Assembly (NCBI RefSeq): GCF_018977255.1
Contig: NW_024705349.1
Coordinates: 1-52,441, forward strand
Direction: 5' to 3'
Length of the DNA stretch: 52,441 bases
Source: Callorhinchus milii
Taxonomy: Eukaryota
Notes under the pieces: generated by a model
Told to the model about the DNA's origin: nothing
Database searches by the model: none
Seen by the model: only the letters and a program-made list of their open reading frames with translations
Shown: positions 26,424 to 37,238 of the stretch, one piece after another
How positions within the stretch are numbered: position 1 is the first letter of the stretch
How the letters are laid out: the number at the start of each line of letters is the position of its first letter
Position numbers and translations under genes: made by a program

Positions 26424-28759
26424 ACTCAGCCTCAAAACGAGTAACTGGTGTGGCGTATTAACATCGCCACTGGGGAGACAAAGGCGGCCGGGCGTGGTGG
26501 ATACAAGTCCCAGGCGAAGCCAGGTAGTGAAGCTAGTCTGTTTATATTTGAACAGTGTACATTACAGTACGCAAGCCTTTATGTGATATTTGTACATTGC
26601 AGTGACGCAGTGGTGTTATCTATTGCATCAAATTTTTTCGTTTCCCGACTCGTGGCTGCGGCTAACATAAGTAGCACAATTTTTTGGCGTCGTCCCCCGC
26701 ACCTCCGATGAACACGCTTGGCTACGTGCGGTGCGAAAGAAGTTCAACGTGTACCGTACCATGGCGAGTGGCATCTGAACCAAGCCTGGTGCCCGTGGGG
26801 CCCCCTCCCTTCTATTGCACCCAGTCCACATTGACCGGCGTGGCGAAGTATGGTCATGCTTCAAATTACAATGACCGGCACGGCGTGGAACAAGGCATTC
26901 GTCCAGCAGTGAATTGACGGAAGGAGATCAAATTTCGCACCGTAACAACAAAAACATTCAAACGTACACCCAGCTCCAGTGAGAAGTTGTGCAGCAGCGT
27001 GACACAACAGTTATTGATTTACATCGTGTTGCATCATGTAACCGTGATACGGGCCACTTGCTGTAAATCCCATTTCCTCCACTCGCTGACAACAAAAAAA
27101 ACGTGATCCATTGGTCACGAGGATTGAAACAAACACTGCGCGCAGTGGCAACAGCGAGCCGGGACATTGAGTGTAACGTTGCATTTTCACGTAGTTTGTA
27201 TAGTTTGTATACTCTGCTTCGCTGTGAATCAACACATCGCCTCGCTCCTAAAGAGGGCAGGCGGGTGGGGGCGATACGGTCACCGAAGGGTATGTATGTA
27301 TCAACATTTTATTCGTGTGCCCCTCTTTTTGTTACACACTAACCTTGTGCGTGTATGCTGTAGTCTCTGATACTGGTAGGAACCTCCTGGTTACACCAGC
27401 CCACAGGGGATTATTGTGTCCGTCCGTCGTGCAGGGAGGGGCTGGGTGGGGAGGGTGGGGCTGGGAGGGGAGGGTGGGGAGGGCTGGGTGGGAGGTGGGG
27501 TGGGGTGGGGGGTGGGAGGGGTGGGGCTGGGTGCGGAGGGGCTGGTCACCCCGTGGTGCCCTTATAAAACTCAACGTTTAACCTACTCACGCCGGCTTGT
27601 GCCTGCCCTCACAGTCGGGCATATTTGCGGAATACACCACGCCGCCGTTGACCCTGGCCATTGACCGAGCAACCCAACGTTCCTACCAGCTCCCTCCGCA
27701 GGAATGTGTCTATATTACTGTCGTCATGATCATGGCTGCACAGCGGTGCAGACACGTGGAGTGGCCACAGCCAGTTCGGTTGTTGCTCTCAGCTCGATCG
27801 TGTATTAATCACCTTGCTGCAAGACGCGAGATCGCCGAGGCAAACGTGCACTGTGGGACCTTTTTTTCCAGAATAAGAATAGGTTTTCACAGCTTTCAAT
27901 GTTGTAGTTTTTAACACCGAAAAAATTGCCAAATTTGTTTTACTTTGTGATGAAGACAAAGAACATTGGTCCCTCTCCAAAAGTGGTTGACAGGTGTTAT
28001 CTATGACTTACAGCTTTCGTGACTGCAGGACGAACGCTTGTGTTGCGATCGAAACGTCGTCGTTTTTTTTTGTTATTTCCTTTGAACCTATCCACGTGAC
28101 TTTACCGAAAGACCCAAGAATATTGGTGTATCTATGTATTGATATACTACAGATTATAGCCGGGCAGCTAAAATGCAGCAAGTTGGCACAGTGGGGGGTA
28201 CAGCTGGTGCAACTACCGGTCATCTCAGTCAGCCAACCCATGGCACCTAGGTCTGTCCCAAAACGTCCCATCAGCGAGCCTTCGACACTTCACGTGGCCT
28301 CAAAGTGCACCTGGCCTGGCACAGGCGCCGTGGTGATGGCACCATCACTTAGTGGTGAACGGTGGGTATTGGTATACTACATATAGGCTGAAAGTTAATG
28401 TTTCAGGAAAGTAGAAGTAAGTTTGCTATTGTTGACTGTTGACCCTTGCATTGACAGTCTTTTATATTTTCTCGTAAATAATTAATTTTCATAATATATA
28501 TATATACCCTGGAAAGTAACATACATTTACGGTGACTATTGGATTTTAGTCATTGTTTCAGTCATAAACAAACATTGCTTTTACAATTGCATTGCTCCTT
28601 TCTGTAATCACTGTAATTGACTTAAATTCTGGGTTATTAATGATTTCGTTCTGATCTTTTAGTGAACATCTTTGTTTAATTAAAACTTCTCGAAAATTCA
28701 ATATTTTGCTTTCAACGTCCTATTCCGCCCAGAAAGTCATTGGCTGTGTCCGTACAATG

Positions 28760-28925
28760 GGGCGCCACAGTGGCGAGATGTTATCTACCTCGCCTGGTGG
28801 TATGCAGGAGGGCATGGGTTCAATCCTGTTTCCTGACGCCTGTATGTTTGGAGTTTGCATGTTCTCCCCATGGCGGTGTGGATTTTTCTCCAGGTCCTCC
28901 GGTTTTTCCCGCGACATTTAGAAAT
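28760..28925 (+). mobile_element. V-SINE-type element (others at ~24785-24920 minus, ~47050-47110 minus, ~52290-52415 plus)
   Basis: V-domain-like ggagtttgcatgttctcccc...ctccggttt. Confidence 0.75.
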
Positions 28926-29668
28926 GTACATTTAAAGCAGTTGGCTGTTTATAAATTTCCACGTGACAAGCCACTTCGTTGAGCTATCATTTGTGGCAAG
29001 GTCGCTTCTCAAAAAGAGCTATATAGCTCAGCGGGCCTTATCTGGTAAAACAAAAAATAGTAATAAATGTAATGGTCCCCCTTGGCCACTGGACATTGGC
29101 CCTCTTGACTACTCACACCTCCATGCGTGAAGAAAAAGTAAAAGTGGAGCCACGCAATTGCTTGGTCACGCCACTGCTGTTGGAAGGGCTTCGACTAAAG
29201 GAAACTCAAGAGACTCCCTCTTGAAGTTACTTTTCCTACCCTTCTATGGTGACCAGATGTCTCCAAAGAGATGGGAGTACACACACTTTACCCTACCACA
29301 TGCAATGTGCTTGTGGACCCCGTTTATGCTGTTTTAACACATAGGCTTTCATGGCCACTATCCATAATATATGTTTATTGGGGTAGATCCCATAAATGTA
29401 CGACGTTTCGCCGGTAATTACAACCAGCATCATCAGGCGAAAGCCAGAGTTTATACTGCTGGGTCGACAGACATGGTGGTTTTTTTTTTAATGTGCCAAA
29501 TTAAATTGCCGCACCAGGAGATCAAATCAGAGACCTCTGTATTGCATGGGCAGTTTGATAACCATTGCACCATGGCGACACTGCACATACCATCAATATG
29601 AGCAAATAATTGCAGTGAGTGCATTAACATCTTTACGTGCTGCTTGTTTTTCAAAAGGGGAATGGCTG

Positions 29669-29938
29669 ATGGTGAAGACGACCTTGATGTACACGGTGAT
29701 GCAACTAGAGCCGGCGCCTCAATTCCTAGGAAAAATACGACTTGGAATGTGGAAATGCGCCAGGTCATTCGAACGGGCAGCCTCGCTCCGATGGAATCAG
29801 CTCCAAGAAGAAGAGGGGTCAGGTGGCCCCAGACGCAGCTTTACAAGGGCTGAGTACTTTACATTGATCTCCATCGCCAGCGTGGAGTTCACCTCCATGA
29901 TGACCAACTCGGTCCTGGTCCCATTCTTTCCTGAGGAG
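29669..29938 (+). CDS. SLC18B1: SLC18B1 first coding exon (start codon uncertain): ...RRSFTRAEYFTLISIASVEFTSMMTNSVLVPFFPEE
   Basis: The TM1 peptide matches SLC18B1 (LISAASVNLGSMMCYSILGPFFPKE). gtacgt donor at 29939. There is an in-frame ATG at 29669 and an out-of-frame ATG at 29662. Confidence 0.8.
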
Positions 29939-30602
29939 GTACGTGCTGTAAAAAGTGGCACCTTGCATGAATATTTAAATTTACATACATTTTTTTATTT
30001 TAGAAAAACAAAACTTTTTTTTTCAAAATGTCGAAAAATCCGAGTCCATACATTTCTTAGAGCAGTATGCCTCCTCTGTCGGAGAATATCTGCGGAAGAT
30101 GAAATGTCCTTCAAGCGACCTTTTACCATTTACACAGAAGTCAAACTGTTCCACACACTCTGCTATGAGATTGTTGAATGACAGACAAACGATATTTTTA
30201 TTCTCAGAACCTGAATTTAGCCAGTGCAATATCACATTTAATGTGACTGCATTGTAATGTAGTCAATTTGAGTCGAAAACCAACTTGATTTTGGTGGCGA
30301 TTTTGTGCAATCAATCGTGACCTGGTTCAGACGACCTACTTGCTACACTACGCTTGAGAATCAAACACAACATCTCGGGAGTACCAGCTAAGTGCTCTGA
30401 CTTCTGTGATTCAGAACTGCAGCCCTGCTATTTGCCTGCTCGATATACTGCACATATGACGTAACAGTATGCAAGTGAATTTAATTTTCATACAATTATA
30501 CGCTACAAGGGGGTTATCGGTGGTGATGCATGAGGTTATTTTATCACAATGACTATGACCATGGCTACAATATCAAGCTGATGCGTGGCTCTATCTTCCT
30601 AG

Positions 30603-30698
30603 GCTGCTAAGAAAGGAGCCAGCGAAACGGTGGTGGGACTGATATTTGGAGTGTTTTCCCTCGTTCAGCTCCTCTTTTCTCTTCTGTTGGGAAAATAC
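30603..30698 (+). CDS. SLC18B1: SLC18B1 exon 2: AAKKGASETVVGLIFGVFSLVQLLFSLLLGKY
   Basis: cctag/gtgagt boundaries, 96 bp, homologous to AEKKGASNTIIGMIFG. Confidence 0.93.
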
Positions 30699-30811
30699 GT
30701 GAGTAATCGTTATTTGCCGCAGTGTTTTGAATTGCGTCATTAAAATGAGGTGTAAATGTTTGCAGCAACCATTTTGAAAACGTACTAGAAAAAATACTCT
30801 ACACAACCCCC

Positions 30812-31322
30812 AAGAAGAAACAGAGCTGTCGGAAAGACAGCTCTGTTTCTTCACCTGAGGACGGCTGCTTGTGTTGTTGCCGAAACGTCATGATAATTTT
30901 ATTTTATTGTTTTATTTGTATTATTTTATTATTTCCCATCTACGTGACTTTACCAAAGAACCAAGAATATGAATCCCTGCAGTCACAAAAGCTTTAAATC
31001 TAAACGTGTGTAATTTTTTTATATTCATGGCCATCTTCAACATTCATGGCGATTACAACACTTGCATTTTGATTTCAAGTTTTCGTGACTGCAGGGATTC
31101 ATATTCTTGGTTCTTTCGGTAAAGTCACGTAGAATGGAAATAATAAAATAATAAAAATAAACATAATAAAATCATTCTCACGACGTTTCGGCCACAACGC
31201 AAGCAGCCGTCCTCAGGTGAAGAACATGTTTTATTTGTATTATTTTATTATTTCCCATCTACGTGACTTTACCGAAAGAACCAAGAAGATGAATCCCTCC
31301 AGTCACGAAAGCTTTAAATCGA
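30812..31322. repeat. Cluster of Penelope-type repeats in both orientations with hammerhead cores
   Basis: Same family as 23702. CTGAGGA...GAAACGTC at 30855-30889 (+) and 31175-31224 (-). Confidence 0.82.
31175..31224 (-). ncRNA. Minimal type-I hammerhead ribozyme motif (best-preserved copy)
   Basis: Minus-strand reading: ttcttcac CTGAGGA c ggctgc-ttgcgtt-gtggcc GAAA C GTC gtgagaa. Stems I and II pair and helix III is palindromic. Confidence 0.7.
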
Positions 31323-31824
31323 AATTTAACTCCCAAATAATCATTCTCATCATCAGCCATGGTCAGTCGACAGCTGGATGATAGGCCTACGCAAGCCACC
31401 ATCATTTCTCCGAAACCTCCGATGTCATAATTTGCCCAACACCTGGACATGGACTGAATCGATCACTCCATCTCCTGGGTGGATGTCCACTTGAATGCGT
31501 TCCATTCCTTGGCTACCACTCCATCCACTCTGCCATGCTTGATCATCGGCCTTCATCTCTTCCAGCGACATATCTAACCCCAACAGACTTACTCTTTTGA
31601 ACTGTTTGAATTTGTTTTTAAGCTGTGTATGTTCCCGAATCAATATGTTTCCCTTTTGCTCATTGTAATTTTAAGCATTCTAAGCATGCATTTAATGATT
31701 TACACACTTTTCAATGGAACAAGACTAACAATTGCAGGTCAGGCGATATAAAAAAAACTTGAATGGTGATGCTATGTGGACAGAGAATGTCGATATATTT
31801 AACATACATATACTCTGTTGACAG

Positions 31825-31898
31825 ATGGTTAAGATTGGAGTCAAGTTCACGTTTCTCTCAGGACTGCTGGCCTCTGGAACCTGCACAATTCTGTTTGG
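31825..31898 (+). CDS. SLC18B1: SLC18B1 exon 3: MVKIGVKFTFLSGLLASGTCTILFG
   Basis: acag/gtgagt boundaries, 74 bp, phase consistent. Confidence 0.93.
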
Positions 31899-32479
31899 GT
31901 GAGTTTTACACGTGGCAGGCTTTCACGACCAATATTATTAATAATATAGGTTTTTAGGTAAGATCGCGTTATTTATAAATGTGTCGTAACCCTCCACCAC
32001 CTGACATGGCCAAACAGTAAAAAATGTCACGTTTTTCAAAGGACATAATAATTCACTTCTTTAGCCCACCGGTGTGCTGAAGAGAGAATCAACAGCATTT
32101 TAAAATTTGAGTACGACGTTTCGCTGATAATTACAATCAGCTTCATCGGGCAAGAATGGTGAAGCTCACCTGTTGCTTCCTGTCTTAAATAGAGCAGCAG
32201 CAGGGTGACGTCATCTTCAACATTTACATTTTCCTATGAAGCTGGGTCCCCTCCTTGACGTAGCTATCGAGTGTGCAGGGGTTTCAACTTGTACCAGGCA
32301 CCAGGCATCACGGGCCTTGGAGACCCACATCCCTGGCTGTGGAGAGGAGGGGAAATTGGACAGGGGGCCTTTGGTCCCGTTGCCATGTATGTATGTACCT
32401 TGAACTTCGTTTGCACCGTACATAGCCAACTGTGCTAATCGGAGGTGCAGGGGAAGAACCACAAACTAAACACAAAAAG

Positions 32480-32762
32480 CAGTTCATCTTCTTGGTTCTT
32501 TCGGTAAAGTTACATAGAAGGAAAATAATAAAATAATAAAAATAAAACATTATAAAATAACTCTCACAACGTTTCTGCCACAACGCAAGCAGCCTCTACC
32601 TGAAGACGGCTGCTTGCATTGCTTGCTGCTTGCGTTGTGGCCGAAACGTCGTGAGAATTATTTTATTATGTTTTATTTTTATTATTTTATTATTTCCCTT
32701 CTACGTGACTTTACCGAAAGCACCAAGAAGATGAATCCCTGCAGTCACGAAAGTTTTAAATC
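32480..32762. repeat. Penelope-type inverted repeat pair
   Basis: Same family. The plus-strand core CTGAAGA...GAAACGTC has a duplicated loop. Confidence 0.8.
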
Positions 32763-32813
32763 GAAAAAAAAACAAAAAGCAGTCCATAACGAATCCTCTG
32801 CGTCTGCGTGCAG

Positions 32814-32961
32814 ACTCCTTGACGAGGCCCCGAGCGGCAGGATCTTCATCGCCCTGTGCTTCCTGCTGCACGGCGTGGACGCCGTGGGCTGTGCTGCCTC
32901 CATGACTGCGTCCTTCACCATCTTGATGTCGATGTTCCCGCACAACATCTCCACGACCATC
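32814..32961 (+). CDS. SLC18B1: SLC18B1 exon 4: LLDEAPSGRIFIALCFLLHGVDAVGCAASMTASFTILMSMFPHNISTTI
   Basis: tgcag/gtgagc boundaries, 148 bp, homologous to LDRVPDGPVFIAMCFLVRVMDAV. Confidence 0.93.
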
Positions 32962-33019
32962 GTGAGCGCCAAATAATCCCGTTTCAGACTCAACCTTGTC
33001 GGTTTAGGGCTCACAAGGG

Positions 33020-33405
33020 ACAAACGCAAGTGTTGTAATCGCCATGAATGTTGAAGATGGCCATGAATATTAAACAAATTACACACGTTTAGATTTAAAG
33101 CTTTTGTGACTGCAGGGATTCATATTCTTGGTTATTTCGATAAAGTCACGTAGATGGAATTAATAAAATAATAAAAATTAAACAAGATAAAATTATCACG
33201 ACGTTTCGACAACAACACAAGCAGCTGTCCTCAGGTGAAGAAACAGAGCTGTTTTTCCGACAGCTCTGTTTCTGCACCTGAGGACGTCTGCTTGTGTTGC
33301 TGCCAAAACGTCGTGATAATTTTATTTTATTATGTTTTATTATTTTATTATTTCCCTTCTACATGACTTTACGAAAGAAACAAGAAGATGAAATTACACA
33401 CGTTT
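33020..33405. repeat. Penelope-type inverted repeat pair
   Basis: Same family, centred on the palindrome agaaacagagctg...cagctctgtttct. Confidence 0.8.
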
Positions 33406-33603
33406 CTTTTGGCGTTATTGTGTAAGCGTCGACATTTTTTCATCTTTTACGAAGCTACGTTCACAATTATGCTGAGATCGGGCGCATCCCAGGTGATGTG
33501 GTCAGAGAGGGTTACGCACGCGGATCACATGCATGTGTGCAGCTCTGTGGTCAATGCCATAGCCCCGTGTGAGTAGAAGCCCCACCGGTGTCCCCTTCGG
33601 CAG

Positions 33604-33760
33604 GGCTTCCTGGAGCTCCTCGCAGGGCTGGGCTTGGTGATGGGTCCTCCTCTGGGCGGGTTCCTGTACGAGGCGTGGGGCTATAGGATGACTCTCATAA
33701 TCGTCGGCGTCTTCATGTTGCTCACCATCCCCGTCATCCTCGCCGCTCTGCCTCCGCAAG
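33604..33760 (+). CDS. SLC18B1: SLC18B1 exon 5: GFLELLAGLGLVMGPPLGGFLYEAWGYRMTLIIVGVFMLLTIPVILAALPPQ
   Basis: Contains the MFS motif C (GPPLGG). AG/GT boundaries, 157 bp. Confidence 0.94.
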
Positions 33761-33915
33761 GTGCCTGGTCGCATCTCCTCTCGTCAGATCGTGATCTCAC
33801 TTTTCAATGAAATATTGTATTGCTATGATTCTCCAAAACGCCGCACTGCGGTACATTCCAATTGCGGGACTGGCGCCTTGTAATGAGTGCGCGTCTCTCT
33901 CTCTCTCTCTCACAG

Positions 33916-34052
33916 TGCTGGTGGGGAGCAGTGGTTCGTTCATACGGCTCTTGTCACTGCCCTCTGTGATTGTCGTGGCATTGCTCATCTGCTGCGTGGA
34001 CTCATCGATGGGATTTTTCGATCCCAACATCTCGCTGTTCCTCTTTGAGCAG
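33916..34052 (+). CDS. SLC18B1: SLC18B1 exon 6: VLVGSSGSFIRLLSLPSVIVVALLICCVDSSMGFFDPNISLFLFEQ
   Basis: (ct)n-cacag acceptor and gtgaga donor, 137 bp. Confidence 0.92.
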
Positions 34053-34103
34053 GTGAGAACACGCCGCTTCAGCTCCTGAACATTTGGTGGAATGCAGTCC
34101 GCC

Positions 34104-34388
34104 TGACGATGGGGGGGGGTTTGAGAAATGTGACGTCACATAAAAACTTTAAATAAATATAGACAACACGTTCTACTTAATTAAATAGACTTTTTAATAA
34201 ATGTTTTCTCCTACAACATCAGAGTGCAGCACCACATTAAATACGCACTACAATGACAATAGTTTAAAGCGATTTGAAGCATGTTTTCTATATTTTTTTG
34301 GGGGGGGGGGGCAGAAATTTGTGCCGTCATATTTGAGGGTGGGTCAAAAATCGTCCAAAATCGCGTGACGTCATTTATGGACGGCCCC
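34104..34388. mobile_element. PIF/Harbinger-type MITE, 5'-truncated copy 3
   Basis: Internal sequence and right TIR (tgacgtcatttatggacggcccc) shared with copies 1 and 2. Confidence 0.82.
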
Positions 34389-35078
34389 TATGACAATCAA
34401 GTACAATGGTGGATGTTGCTCTCCTGGCCCTCTGCTGCCCACCGCGTAGTCCCTGAGCAGCCTATGACAACAATGGTGGCTAGCCATGAGCCAGGCTCAA
34501 ACCGGTTTAGCTTCTGAGATTTGAGGAGGTCAAGCAAATTCTGGGTGATTTGGTGATTTGGTCATAGGCTTAGTTTTTATCTTCAAATTTGAAAACAAAT
34601 AATGCGTCTGTGAACAAATTTTTCTTCAGCATCCAAGCATTCAGATTCTTCTAGTAGCAAACGCTGCAGAGGTTTCACCTTCACCGAGTATATTCAGCAG
34701 AGTGTGGTCCATTACGCAAATACCGCTCTACAACTTAAAGTTATACGTGACAATAATGCAGGAACACTCGGTCCCGAAACATTTGTTGCGGAAACTTGCA
34801 CTCAAAATTAATGTGTGCTGCCTCTGTGATTTATCGGTAATTAAATGGTAAGTGAATGAAATGGGGTATGTTTAATAAGAAACGAGAAATATGTGTAGTG
34901 AAATGTGATTAAATGGGAATTAGTTCATGTTGGTATGGCTGAGAGCTTCTATCCGGTGACATCATACTCAACATCTGTGAAAAAGAACTTCATAGCTCAT
35001 CGGATTTCTCCAGTCTAAAATTGTGATTTGGTATTTAATCACGTCTCCAGAAGTTCCCATTGTTGTTGCCTTTCACAG

Positions 35079-35180
35079 TTCAATCTGAGCTCTGGGAAGA
35101 TTGGACTCGTCTTCATGAGCCTGTGCATCTCATACTCTGTGAGCTGTCCTGTCGTGGGCTACGTCAGCGACCGCAGACCT
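35079..35180 (+). CDS. SLC18B1: SLC18B1 exon 7: FNLSSGKIGLVFMSLCISYSVSCPVVGYVSDRRP
   Basis: AG/GT boundaries, 102 bp, homologous to FNLPAGYVGLVF...SDKRP. Confidence 0.93.
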
Positions 35181-35298
35181 GTGAGGACGCACAACGAGCC
35201 ACTCCACTCGGCTCTTCCGGACAGTTCTTTTACAGAGACAAGTTTGCGTGCACAGCCACTGACCATCATTCACCATCTCAACACCCGCGTGCGGTCTA

Positions 35299-35812
35299 AA
35301 TAGATAGATAGATCGTTTATTGTCATTGTCACCAGTACAACGAAATTTAAAATGCTCACCAGTCAGGGCCTCATTCATAAATTTAAATTAAATAAAACAA
35401 GAAAATAAAAATAAAATTAAATGAAAGATAATCAATTTATACTATATATAAAAACAGCCCAAGTATACCCACATACCCACATAAGGTTACATTTTGTCAT
35501 TGCACATCTCTATTTCACAGTCAATTGTAAACGCTATTACTTAATAATTAATTAGCATTATTGAGTGTGGTGATCGCTGTAGGATAAAAGCTCTGTTTGA
35601 ATCTGTTTGTCCTTGTTTTGACTGATCTGAATCGTCTGCCTGATGGCAACAGCTCAAACAGTGAGTGTCCAGGGTGAGAAGAGTCCTTTATAATGTTCTG
35701 TGCTTTTTTGATGCAACGTGAACTGTGTAGTTCTTCCAGTGTGGGGAGATGGCAGCCGGCGATCTTTTGGGCTGTGTTGATGACCCTCTGGAGCGCTTTC
35801 CTGCCTTGCGTA
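35299..35812 (-). mobile_element. Rex1/Babar-clade LINE, 5'-truncated 3' end
   Basis: Intact C-terminal peptide RKALQRVINTAQKIAG...HPGHSLFELLPSGRRFRS...RF..SFYP, followed by a 3' UTR and (tcta)n tail. Confidence 0.85.
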
Positions 35813-36549
35813 AATGACTCGGTAAAATAAAGGCGGTTTACACCGTCCCACAGCAAGGTGTGGATGTTGAACTTCTGCTTTAGCCGACCCTGCTAATCGT
35901 ATCGGAAGCAAGAGCATTCCAGACGGCTGCAGAAGCGCATCTGGAAGCACACAATGCAGTGACCATCTTTAGCATAGTAAAGCCCCAATTTAAGATGGCT
36001 GGGTGGCTTAAAAACTGCCCTTGAGAGTGCTTTGTGCGAGCACTGTTGAGATCCTGGTTAAAGCGCTTATCTGCTGTGATGCGGAGTTTGACTGTCGCCC
36101 CAAGCTTATATTGCTTCTTTTGGGGCACTGTACACTAAAAAAGTTAAGCACAATTTAAAGCATTATTCAGACTCAAGTGAGGTGCCCCTGCGTTGTCAGA
36201 CATCATGTTGATGCAGAATTGCAGTTATTTTGGATCACATTTATCATTGGAAAAATTATCCCTTTAATCATGGGGTGATCACAAGTGTCCCTGGGAGCAA
36301 ACAAGTGTTGGGCATTGCCCATCTTAGATGCCAGCTCTGGGTCAATAATAAAATTTCAACATTTTTATGACAGGAGTCGTTAGGACAACCACCGTTGACT
36401 TCCCAAAATTAGTACCTATTTTATCAACCACCACAGGCGAATGATGATGAGCTGAGTTGATCCCTGACCGGGATGGGAACGCACAAGCGTTTGGTTGTGT
36501 GAGCCTATTTGTGTCACCCTTCCTTTTGACTTTGTTGTTTATTTTGCAG

Positions 36550-36641
36550 CAATGGATGAGATGCATGATGCTGGCTGGAGCTTTTGTATCCGGTATCTGC
36601 TTCTGCTTGTTGGGCCCTGTTCCCATCCTGCACATCCACAC
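36550..36641 (+). CDS. SLC18B1: SLC18B1 exon 8: QWMRCMMLAGAFVSGICFCLLGPVPILHIH
   Basis: Contains the LLGPVPILHI signature. AG/GT boundaries, 92 bp. Confidence 0.93.
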
Positions 36642-36946
36642 GTGAGGATGACGTCAGTCACTACACCACCTGCACATGGCACCTGATAGTGGAAAGACAA
36701 AAACTGATTTTTTTTCTGGTTTCCAAATCGGATATGTGGGCTGCAGTTGCCTGAGCTACCACAACAGCTATGCAGCTGTTGCGATCACGATGTTGTCGTG
36801 CTCTTCACTTGTTTTACGTGGTGGTACCATTATACTATTGCTGTGGTGCTCTTGTAGTATTCTTGCTATGATGCTGTTGTGTTCTTGCCTTGGTGCTTTA
36901 TGTTGTGTTGTGATTTACCATTATGGTGATGTTGTGGTGGCATCAG

Positions 36947-37042
36947 TCAGCTGTGGCTCGTGGTGGTGGTCCTGGCCGTGCTGGGTGTTTCCATCGCCAC
37001 AGCCATCGTCCCCACATTTTCGGAGATCCTCCTCATGGCCAC
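36947..37042 (+). CDS. SLC18B1: SLC18B1 exon 9: QLWLVVVVLAVLGVSIATAIVPTFSEILLMA
   Basis: QLWL...PTF.EIL homology. gtaagt donor, 96 bp. Confidence 0.92.
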
Positions 37043-37238
37043 GTAAGTCCAATTTATTTGCCATCTGGGCACGGTGCAGCCCAGTGGGTTTGAGTTTCAC
37101 AAATCTCTACGTGGCCCACCAACCCTGTAGTTGTGCACCACTATGCTGGCGATGCAATATTTACAATTATTATACTGACAAAAAAATAGGCAATAACACC
37201 GACCGTTGTTTTACTCTCACCGATTATTTTGCTTTCAG

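Larger units (their letters stand above)
25431..26536 (+). mobile_element. Complete non-autonomous Helitron
   Basis: 5' A|TCTATATATATAAAA followed by (tctg)n. 3' hairpin-like cccaggcgaagccagg then CTAG|T. Inserted between A and T with no TSD. Confidence 0.82.

Noticed and set aside
26013..26435. Ser/Pro/Leu-rich 140-aa ORF
   Set aside because: It is a translation of the 17-bp minisatellite.
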